Made by a program: the position numbers and the translations under genes. A DNA stretch of 38,944 bases from an uncultured Verrucomicrobiota bacterium. GTDB lineage: Bacteria > Verrucomicrobiota > Verrucomicrobiia > JAWXBN01. The stretch spans positions 48,556 through 87,499 of the forward strand of contig CAYTAI010000001.1 of NCBI GenBank assembly GCA_964435715.1, in the 5' to 3' direction. Below, piece by piece: positions 9,478 to 16,524 of the stretch. Numbering within the stretch: the stretch's first letter is position 1; each line of letters opens with the position of its first letter. The notes under the pieces were generated by a model that made no database searches, had not been told where the DNA came from, and was given only the letters and a program-made list of their open reading frames with translations.

Positions 9478-10026
9478 TTAACTGTTTTGGACGAGGGGAT
9501 GTGTGAATCGGGCGGTGACGTTTTTTGTCTCAATCTCAACCTCCGTCGGTCTGCCTAGGAATTCGAAAAGGATAGCCACACGGTCTTTGGCGGGAATCAA
9601 CCGCGAAACCAGTGCCCGGCAATTCTTGAATGTTCCTGCGGTAATGGTGATTTCTTCACCCACCTGCAAAACATGCTCGACGTCTTTGATCTGATAGTCG
9701 CCGGTGTGAGTCCTCAACTCATCAATCACAGGAGCCGGGACGGTAGCGTACTTTCCGCCAAACTGGACGAGACCGGAAACGGCATGCCCGCTCCGAACGA
9801 GGGAAAGAAGAGGCGCGGGATCAAACTGTGCAAAGATATATCCGGGAAAAAGCGCCTCCACAAAAACCCGTGCCCCGCGCGTGGTGGCTTTACGATAGCG
9901 GATCCGCGGCGCAAAGACATCCACTCCCTCAAGGGTATTCAGGAAACCCGCAGCAATGTGCTCATGCTTATTCTGGGTTCTCAGACAGAACCAAGGCAAG
10001 TCATGATTGTGATTAAAAGCGACCAT
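9478..10026 (-). CDS. NusG-family specialised paralog (NGN + KOW; RfaH/UpxY-like transcription antiterminator)
   Basis: NGN-like N-terminus (WFCLRTQNKHEH...VDVFAPRIRY...EALFPGYIFAQFD) and a KOW-like C-terminus (VGEEITITAGTFKNCRALV...RVAILFEFLGRPTEVEI). Only 182 aa and not in a ribosomal/secE context. Confidence 0.7.
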   Translation of the reverse strand: MVAFNHNHDLPWFCLRTQNKHEHIAAGFLNTLEGVDVFAPRIRYRKATTRGARVFVEALFPGYIFAQFDPAPLLSLVRSGHAVSGLVQFGGKYATVPAPVIDELRTHTGDYQIKDVEHVLQVGEEITITAGTFKNCRALVSRLIPAKDRVAILFEFLGRPTEVEIETKNVTARFTHPLVQNS

Positions 10027-10032
10027 GTTATT

Positions 10033-10554
10033 TCAGACTTTTAAAAATTTTAAAACCCACGGCATGAGTTTTCCCGCCCGGATGTGCCACCCTTTGAGGC
10101 GGAGCACTTTATCGTGATAAAACTTTCTTTCAACGGGAGGGACTTCTTTGACGAGTTGATCGAGCCGGGCGAGCTTGGGTTCGGCTCCTTCGACATGGGG
10201 CTGGAGTTGTTCCTTCAAAAATCCGGCGACGAGTTTTTTAAGCTCCGTCTCGGCGGTGTAATGGTCGCGGCGGTCGCCGGGCGCATAAACGATGCGGGCC
10301 GCCCCGATATTGCGGAGTTCCTTCAGCCCTTGGCTGGTGGCCCCTTTGCTGAGCGCCAGCCGGTCCATGATGACATCCATCGGCAAAGGATTCTTGGAAA
10401 TGTAGAGCAGACCGTAGATTTCCCCCAGGGATTTCGGCAGGGCGGCGACTTGCGCGAGGCGCACAAACACCTCGATGACCTCCCGCTCAATGTCATTGAG
10501 CGGTTGACTCAACCGTTCGACATTTGTCTCACGTGCTCGAACCAATGCGGCCAT
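10033..10554 (-). CDS. Winged-helix transcriptional regulator, GbsR/MarR-like
   Basis: I chose the internal ATG at 10554 (MAALVRARE). The longer ORF to 10956 overlaps the upstream beta-CASP gene. wHTH segment: PKSLGEIYGLLYISKNPLPMDVIMDRLALSKGATSQGLKELRNIGA. Confidence 0.65.
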   Translation of the reverse strand: MAALVRARETNVERLSQPLNDIEREVIEVFVRLAQVAALPKSLGEIYGLLYISKNPLPMDVIMDRLALSKGATSQGLKELRNIGAARIVYAPGDRRDHYTAETELKKLVAGFLKEQLQPHVEGAEPKLARLDQLVKEVPPVERKFYHDKVLRLKGWHIRAGKLMPWVLKFLKV

Positions 10555-10582
10555 GGATTCAAGGCTAACAAAATATTCGATT

Positions 10583-10602
10583 TGTTCAATAAAAAATGAA
10601 CA
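10583..10602. promoter_or_regulatory. Palindrome TGTTCA-N8-TGAACA upstream of the HTH regulator gene (candidate operator)
   Basis: Read directly: tgttca (10583-88), an 8-nt A-rich spacer, tgaaca (10597-602). Flanked by aatattc/gaatatt, in the AT-rich 85-nt gap 29-48 nt upstream of the 10554 start. Confidence 0.3.
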
Positions 10603-10639
10603 GAATATTTTGACCCGGTTCGGGGGGCGGCGGCGGCGA

Positions 10640-12007
10640 TCAGATTTCCAAGCGGTTTGCGCCGTCGGGGAGATCCGCATCCAGCCCCCGGGCGCGGAGG
10701 GTGTCCCGGAGCCATTCCAGCGCGGGGGTGTCGCCATGAACCAGGAGCGTTTTGCGCGGACGCAGGGCCGTGGCGAGTGCGACCAGATCATCCCGCAGGG
10801 CATGCGCGGTAAAGTCGAATTTCTCCACGCGACAGCGAATTTCACGGGGGGCGGAGTCATTTTCCCCCAGCACAACGGGAGCCCCCCCCTCCACAGCGGA
10901 CAAAATGCGGCCTCCGGGTGTGTCCGGGTCCACGTAGCCCACAAAAAGAATCGCATTGGACGGGTCGCTGAGAAAATGTCCCGCCGCTGTGTAAGCCGGG
11001 GTCATCTCGGTGAGCATTCCCGCCGAAATCGCAAAAATCGTCGGCACATCCGTGCGCCACCATTTCGACCCGTCGCGGGGAATGACCTGTGGACAGAAAT
11101 CCTCGAAGATGGAGAATCCCTCCATCCGGCGCGTGTCATGTTCCCGGTAGAGATCATAAACCAGGGAGATTTGTTTGCCCATGCCGCCGATCATGACGGG
11201 GTAATCGGGCAATTTGCCCGAGTCCATGAGGTTTTTCAGCATCGCGAGAGTCTCCTGCTGTTTGCCCAGCGCGAAACAGGGCAGGAGCACATTGCCACCG
11301 CGCTCCAGCACGGCATTGAGGGTCTGTGCAAACCGTTCGATCTCGGCCTCGCGATAGCCTGCGCCCCCGGCGGCGGTCAGTCCGCGGGTGCCCTCGATGA
11401 TGAGCAAATCCAGGGGCCCCAGCCCCGACAATTCGGCTTTGCGCATCAGGGACTGGTCGGAGAGATTGATGTCCCCGGTGTAGAGGGCGCGTTCATGCCC
11501 GGAGTCAAAAAGAAACGAGGCCGACCCGAGCACATGCCCGGCATTCAATGGGGTCACCTCAATGTCCGTGCCGCCGGAACGGGCCGCAAGATCGAAGGGG
11601 CGGGTGAACCGGTGTGGCCTCCAGCTTTTTTCCTGACGGTCCACCTCCCGGTGAGTGAAAAGCGGGTAATCCGGATGGCCCGTGCGCTCTTTTTCCTTGG
11701 CCATGATGTTGCAGGAATTGTGCAGCATGATCGAGGCCAGCTCCACGGAGGGTTCGGTCATGTGAATCTCCGCCGAAGGAAAAGCCCTTTGGGCCACGGG
11801 CAGGGAACCCAGGTGATCCATGTGGCAATGACTCATCAGAATGTGATCCACCCCATCCGCGTCGGGAATGTCCAGACGGGGCAAGGACGCCCGCCCCTCT
11901 TTTTTCGGGTTCATTCCGCAGTCGAGCAGGATTTTGACCCCCTCCATTTCGAGAAGGTAGCAATTTGCCCCGATTTCATTGCCGCCGGTGAGATTGGTGA
12001 ATTGCAT
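10640..12007 (-). CDS. MBL-fold metallo-hydrolase of the beta-CASP (RNA-processing, CPSF/RNase J-like) type
   Basis: 455 aa. HCHMDHLGSLP metallo-beta-lactamase motif, followed by a beta-CASP-like middle region and a C-terminal HGD motif (LLVHGDTPAL). Confidence 0.8.
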   Translation of the reverse strand: MQFTNLTGGNEIGANCYLLEMEGVKILLDCGMNPKKEGRASLPRLDIPDADGVDHILMSHCHMDHLGSLPVAQRAFPSAEIHMTEPSVELASIMLHNSCNIMAKEKERTGHPDYPLFTHREVDRQEKSWRPHRFTRPFDLAARSGGTDIEVTPLNAGHVLGSASFLFDSGHERALYTGDINLSDQSLMRKAELSGLGPLDLLIIEGTRGLTAAGGAGYREAEIERFAQTLNAVLERGGNVLLPCFALGKQQETLAMLKNLMDSGKLPDYPVMIGGMGKQISLVYDLYREHDTRRMEGFSIFEDFCPQVIPRDGSKWWRTDVPTIFAISAGMLTEMTPAYTAAGHFLSDPSNAILFVGYVDPDTPGGRILSAVEGGAPVVLGENDSAPREIRCRVEKFDFTAHALRDDLVALATALRPRKTLLVHGDTPALEWLRDTLRARGLDADLPDGANRLEI

Positions 12008-12010
12008 TCG

Positions 12011-12391
12011 TCAGGGCTTCTGAATGATCTCGACCTCGTAACCCTCGGGCGCGTCGATAAAGGCGAAAATGGTGCCGCTGGAGGATTGTGTCGGGCCGTC
12101 GGAAAAGGAGTAACCCTTTGCCTTGATCTCCTGCTCGAATGCGGCGATGTCGTCGACATTAAAGGCCAAATGGGTGAGGTCGGGCTGAACCTGCACCGGG
12201 CCGCTGGCGGGGTAATGACAGATTTCGATGAGCTCCTCGCTCTGGGGCGCTTTCAGGAAGCAGAGCTCCGAACCTCGGGGGGATTTGTGGCGGTGGGTTT
12301 CGATCAGTCCGAGGGCGTCCTTGTAAAAGCTCACGGTTTTTTCGAGGTCATTGACGCGGTAACGGGTGTGGTTGAGTTTTGTCACAGGCAT
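12011..12391 (-). CDS. VOC family protein / glyoxalase I-like
   Basis: 126 aa. NHTRYRVNDLEKTVSFYKDALGL ... HLAFNVDDI ... IDAPEGYEVEI, typical of lactoylglutathione lyase-type VOC folds. There is a 3-nt gap to the downstream gene. Confidence 0.8.
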   Translation of the reverse strand: MPVTKLNHTRYRVNDLEKTVSFYKDALGLIETHRHKSPRGSELCFLKAPQSEELIEICHYPASGPVQVQPDLTHLAFNVDDIAAFEQEIKAKGYSFSDGPTQSSSGTIFAFIDAPEGYEVEIIQKP

Positions 12392-12418
12392 GGGGATTTG
12401 CTCCTTCAGGATGTTTTT

Positions 12419-12775
12419 TCAAAGTTCTTCAAGTGGAAAACGCGCCCCCTCACGGGCGATTTTGCCACCCCAAGAGAGAACCTTTGCCTTGGCGCCAGCC
12501 ATTTCGGCCTTTTCGATATTGCCGTCCTTATTATAAGCCAGCGACAGCGTGGTCCAAGTCACTTGTGTGTCCGGGTCGAGATGAACCGCCATTTTGGCGG
12601 CCTCCACCGCCTCTTTCGGGCGGTTGGTTTTCAGACAGGCCATCGCGAGAGCCTGCCATCCGTCGATGAATTCGGGATTCGCCTCCACAGCCTGACGATA
12701 AAGCGCGAGCGCGCCCTCCAGATTTCCCAGAGCCACCTCGCTATTGGCCTCGTCGTAAAGTTCTTCGGCAGTCAT
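12419..12775 (-). CDS. TPR repeat protein
   Basis: I chose the ATG at 12775 (MTAEELYDEANSEVALGNLEGALALYRQAVEANPEF...). The N-terminal extension of the track ORF (to 13111) runs through a repeat element. There are three canonical TPR units. Confidence 0.75.
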   Translation of the reverse strand: MTAEELYDEANSEVALGNLEGALALYRQAVEANPEFIDGWQALAMACLKTNRPKEAVEAAKMAVHLDPDTQVTWTTLSLAYNKDGNIEKAEMAGAKAKVLSWGGKIAREGARFPLEEL

Positions 12776-12845
12776 CACGTTCCGCGCAATTTGCCACGGT
12801 TCGTCCCCGGTGTCGAATGCTAAAAATCGCGGGGAAAAACCCCAC

Positions 12846-13099
12846 AGAAAAAGTTTAACCACAGATTCACGCAGATGATCACAGATTTTTTTGGGGAGGG
12901 AAGTATCTCCGAGGTGTCCGTTTTTTCCATTGGAGGGATCGTGCTTCTGCACGTCCCATTTTTTCTGCAATGGATTGGGGAGTGCGACCAGCTTGTCCCG
13001 AATCATCGGCTTCGGGATATACATTTTTCTGCTCTGCCAACTGCCTACTATGAACTGATAACCCGCGCTTTCAGCGCGTTTGTCCCCGCCCGAGGAACC
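12846..13099. repeat. Left arm of a long inverted repeat (about 250 bp, imperfect; perfect 105-bp core 12989..13093; perfect 20-bp outer block 12859..12878)
   Basis: Manual alignment with the reverse complement of 14945..15185. The core is 105/105 identical. The outer block ccacagattcacgcagatga is 20/20 identical. The intervening segments are diverged. Confidence 0.9.
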
Positions 13100-13190
13100 A
13101 TCTCCAATCACGCGCTGGCGTGGTTAACTTTATTCAGAATTCTGACTCAGGGAGATTGCCGGAGACTCTGGCGGATCATTGAATCCTGTG

Positions 13191-13529
13191 CTATCTGATT
13201 TCAAGAATCAAGGCAACCCCTCGGCAAATCTCGTCCAGTTCGTCTTGATTAAGGGTTTGGATTCTGGACTTGAGCCTGTGTTTGGCAACGGCACGAATCT
13301 GATCGATGACAGCGACAGCCGGATTCCCTTGGCAAGTGACAGGTATGGTGATGGGAGGGTGTGGTTTGGCTGCCGTTGAAAGCGGCACCACGACGACAGT
13401 TTGACGAAGCTCGTTGAGTGTATTGTGGGAGAGGATCACACAGGGTCGGGTTTTCTTGATTTCCGACCCCTGCGTGGGATCAAGACTGACCCACCAGATG
13501 TCTCCACGCTTCACCGGCGGTCGAGTCAT
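13191..13529 (-). CDS. mazF: Type II toxin, MazF/PemK family endoribonuclease
   Basis: 112 aa. KRGDIWWVSLDPTQGSEIKKTRPCVILS...VVVPLST...DQIRAV, the PemK/MazF signature. There is a 4-nt overlap with the upstream small gene. Confidence 0.88.
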   Translation of the reverse strand: MTRPPVKRGDIWWVSLDPTQGSEIKKTRPCVILSHNTLNELRQTVVVVPLSTAAKPHPPITIPVTCQGNPAVAVIDQIRAVAKHRLKSRIQTLNQDELDEICRGVALILEIR

Positions 13530-13744
13530 TCAATCACTCCGTCGTCAAACGCTTGCCATGCATTGATTTCACCCTGCAGTGCCTTGTCCCGATTGGCCGA
13601 ACGGCAGGCCGCCGCCAGCGAACTGTCGCGCTCAGAGAGTTCATCCTCAATGAGGCGTGTGACAAGACGAGAGCGTTGCCGTGCAGGGATAGCGGCTTGA
13701 AACCGGTGAGCCACCGCGTCAGGGATGGATAAGGTCATTCGCAT
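13526..13744 (-). CDS. Type II antitoxin (RHH/MazE-like) partner of MazF
   Basis: About 72 aa from the ATG at 13744 (MRMTLSIPDAVAHRF...; alternative ATG at 13738). Small, acidic C-terminus, and overlaps the toxin start (ATGA). Confidence 0.7.
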   Translation of the reverse strand: MRMTLSIPDAVAHRFQAAIPARQRSRLVTRLIEDELSERDSSLAAACRSANRDKALQGEINAWQAFDDGVIE

Positions 13745-13894
13745 AACGTAATAATACGATTTATGACTTATGCAGTCAAAGGTTTTTTGGAGAGAGCGAG
13801 TCCCGCCCGAGGAACCTTTCACCCCTGCGCTCCCGCGCCTGACTTTCATTCTGTATTCCCCGTCCTCCACAACCTTGGCGACGAAGGATGAATT

Positions 13895-13950
13895 CTGCCT
13901 ACTTTCAACTGATAACTCGGGCCCCCTCTCGCGCGTTCATCCATTTTTCA
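13895..13950. repeat. Degenerate third partial copy of the island-1 repeat (same orientation as the left arm)
   Basis: ctgcctactttcaactgataactcggg...cgcgcgtt aligns with ctgcctactatgaactgataacccgcg...agcgcgtt of the left arm. Confidence 0.6.
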
Positions 13951-14383
13951 AAATTGACCATAATCAGCGGATATGCTTTTATTCCGACCATGCCCCTTTC
14001 CTCACCGGAAACCAACTTTCCACATTCATTTTTTAGTCATCTTACTCCATTTCCCTTACAACTAATTTCCTATCAACCATCAACGACGATTCCCTCTTTT
14101 CTGGATAGGCAGAAAAATCGGCAGATAGACAGAATGTTTTTCGTCTAATACATGTTCGATAATATTTTGCGATTATGGCATGCAGGATACTGAATATTCA
14201 CTTTTGTGAGGATGGCGATGTAAAATACAACTTTAGTCGGATGCACGGCCGCATGCTGCTCCACCGTTATTTGATTGAGTGGCCATCTGAAAAAGTAGTA
14301 TGTCCTCGCCAAAAATCCTTTCGTTATCATAATTTTAGAACATCTATCACGAAAGATAATTTCGTGCTCCTTAGTGGGATAGT

Positions 14384-14713
14384 GTGCTGGAAGACGAAAC
14401 CAATATCGAACGCAATTTTTATTACTACAAAAAGGATTTTTTAACTAGAGTCAAAGGCGAACCACATTTGTGGCAATATAGAGAACAAGTTAAGATTAAA
14501 CCAAACTTTTATCTTCGTCTGCATACGCCTTTTGATCGCATCAATGCGCTTAGTCAGCGATCAAGCGCTACTTTCCTGTCAGAATCGGGAAAAATAAGTA
14601 GATATCGCCCAAGAGAACTCGCAAACATACAATTTGCAGAAGAACCAGGAATACTCTCTATTGATTGGACGCTTGAAACATTGTATGAGCCAAACAAATG
14701 GGTTGTAAAATAA
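14384..14713 (+). CDS. Hypothetical protein in an AT-rich segment (no recognisable family)
   Basis: 109-aa ORF with a GTG start, in markedly AT-rich DNA (about 13.95-14.87 kb). A hairpin (14727..14756) follows the stop. It may be the 3' part of a frameshifted gene together with ORF 14175..14444. Confidence 0.3.
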   Translation: MLEDETNIERNFYYYKKDFLTRVKGEPHLWQYREQVKIKPNFYLRLHTPFDRINALSQRSSATFLSESGKISRYRPRELANIQFAEEPGILSIDWTLETLYEPNKWVVK

Positions 14714-14944
14714 ATCGAACAAGCGGATGGACTCAACCGCTACAGCGGTGAGTCATCCTTGACGTTATGTGTCAGGGATCGGATTGCGATTTGAGAATTG
14801 AAGATAGAGAAAAGCGGAAGAAGTAGGGCGGAAATTTCTCATCTAAGATTTCAAATGTCTGATGAAAATCAGGAGCAAATTGTTTTTCTAAACGGGGAAA
14901 GCGGTAGTGAGATTAGGCGCGAAAGCGAGATGGTGTAGATTCCA

Positions 14945-15185
14945 TCGGGCGGGGACAAACGCGCTGAAAGCGCGGGTTATCAGTTCATAGTAGGCAGTTG
15001 GCAGAGCAGAAAAATGTATATCCCGAAGCCGATGATTCGGGACAAGCTGCGTGCGCTCCCCAATCCTTTGCAAACGTCGCCGAGAAAAAAAGCGGTTCGT
15101 GCTCTGGCAGATGGGTATAGAGAACTGATTCTCACATTTTCATAATCTGCGTTCATCTGCGTGAATCTGTGGATAAAAACTTTTG
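14945..15185. repeat. Right arm of the long inverted repeat (perfect core 14945..15049; outer block 15153..15172)
   Basis: Reverse complement of the left arm. See feature 12846..13099. Confidence 0.9.
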
Positions 15186-15191
15186 AGGATA

Positions 15192-15992
15192 CTAAAGAAA
15201 CCCAGTGACCCAACCGGCTAGGCCGCAGGCGAGGAGGACGGGGAGGACGGGGGCTTGGAATTTCTGGAGGGCGGTGAAAGCGGCGGCGCAGAGGATGATC
15301 GCGAACCAGTCAATTCCGGTTTTCACCGGAAAAAATGTGGGGATCATGAATTTCAGTGCCAGGGAAAGAATGACCCCCGCGACGGCGGCGGTGATCGCGG
15401 ACATGGCACCGGAGATTTTTTTGTGATTCTGGAGACGTTCGATATAGGGCGCGCCCAGAAATATCCAGAGGTAACTCGGCACAAAAGTGACCCAAGTCGT
15501 GATGAATGCGCCGCAAATGGCGGCCTGTGCCGGAGTTAATGTGCCGGGGTGATTCCATGCGGAAACAAACCCAATGAATTGCAGCACCATGACCAATGGG
15601 CCGGGAATCGTTTGGGACAGGGCCAGCCCGTGCAACATTTGCTCCGGCTCGAGCCATTGCCAGTTTGTAATCGTCTGTTGCTCGACATAGGGCAGAACCG
15701 CATAAGCCCCGCCGAATGTGACCATCGCCGCCTTGCTAAAAAAAATGCCTTCCTGGAAAATGACACTTTCCAAGCCCAGAATTATCCCCGCCAACAGAAC
15801 GGGTAGAAACCAAATTGCCAGACAGACGACAATCACTTTGACCGAACGAATCAGGTCTTTGCGTCCGATGGGGGTGGTCACAGGAGATTTTTCGTGGGGA
15901 AGCGCGTGATCCTGTGGCATTTTGAATTGTCCGGGTGCGAACACGCCCACAATCGCGACGGCAATCAAAATCAGAGGATAAGGAATATTCAA
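15192..15992 (-). CDS. chrA: Chromate transporter (CHR family), C-terminal portion downstream of an in-frame TGA
   Basis: 266 aa. Second CHR repeat motif TFGGAYAVLPYVEQQ and multiple TM helices. The reading frame is continuous with 16011..16478 apart from one TGA at 16011-16013. Confidence 0.8.
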   Translation of the reverse strand: MNIPYPLILIAVAIVGVFAPGQFKMPQDHALPHEKSPVTTPIGRKDLIRSVKVIVVCLAIWFLPVLLAGIILGLESVIFQEGIFFSKAAMVTFGGAYAVLPYVEQQTITNWQWLEPEQMLHGLALSQTIPGPLVMVLQFIGFVSAWNHPGTLTPAQAAICGAFITTWVTFVPSYLWIFLGAPYIERLQNHKKISGAMSAITAAVAGVILSLALKFMIPTFFPVKTGIDWFAIILCAAAFTALQKFQAPVLPVLLACGLAGWVTGFL

Positions 15993-16010
15993 AAAAAAGA
16001 GTCCGGCAAA

Positions 16011-16478
16011 TCAGCCCGCGCAAACCCCCCAAGCGACTTTGCTGCGGAGTGCTTTTTGTGAGATTTTCAAGACTGCGCCGATGATGATGGCGAGCACTGC
16101 GGGCTTGAGTCCGTAAAGAATGGATTGCACCGTATCGGTCTGACCATGACTCATGTAAAGAAAGCTCAAGAGCAAAAGCAGGAGGGCGGCGGGGAGAAAG
16201 AAAAAAAGTCCCGCCACGATCCCGCCCCAAGTGCGGTGCAGAATCCAGCCGATGTAAACGGCGAGTTGCTGCGCCTCCGGGCCGGGTAAAAGCATGCAGT
16301 AATTCAGCGCATTCAAAAACCGGGACTCGCTGATCCACTTTTTCTTTTCGACGAGTTCGCGGTGCATGATGGCAATTTGCCCGGCGGGCCCGCCAAAATT
16401 GATGAATCCCAGTTTCAGCCAAAAGAGAAAAGCCTCCCGGAAGGAGGGAGGCTTGGGCGTGACGGTTTCATCAGTCAT
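16011..16478 (-). CDS. chrA: Chromate transporter (CHR family), N-terminal portion ending at an in-frame TGA
   Basis: 155 aa. First CHR repeat motif GFINFGGPAGQIAIMHRELVEKKKWISE..F..ALNYCMLLPGPEA. Confidence 0.8.
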   Translation of the reverse strand: MTDETVTPKPPSFREAFLFWLKLGFINFGGPAGQIAIMHRELVEKKKWISESRFLNALNYCMLLPGPEAQQLAVYIGWILHRTWGGIVAGLFFFLPAALLLLLLSFLYMSHGQTDTVQSILYGLKPAVLAIIIGAVLKISQKALRSKVAWGVCAG

Positions 16479-16524
16479 GTCATGCGGATGCTAACGTGAC
16501 GCCCCGTCATGCCAAGCAAGAAAA

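Noticed and set aside
10553-12823. A 756-aa ORF on the + strand spanning three genes
   Set aside because: It lies antisense to the recognisable beta-CASP hydrolase, VOC and TPR genes. Its translation is low-complexity (G/R/H/A-rich) with no family resemblance. It is a long shadow ORF typical of GC-biased coding DNA.
13770-14148. ORFs 13770..14036 and 13888..14148 on the + strand in island 1
   Set aside because: They run through repeat copies and AT-rich DNA. Their translations are low-complexity (S/P/F/T-rich) with no start context, so they are probably non-coding.
16011-16013. The in-frame TGA in chrA as selenocysteine, or as evidence for an alternative genetic code (TGA = Trp/Gly)
   Set aside because: TGA terminates other genes cleanly here (9018-9020, 9465-9467). 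No SECIS-like hairpin follows the codon, and CHR transporters are not known selenoproteins.
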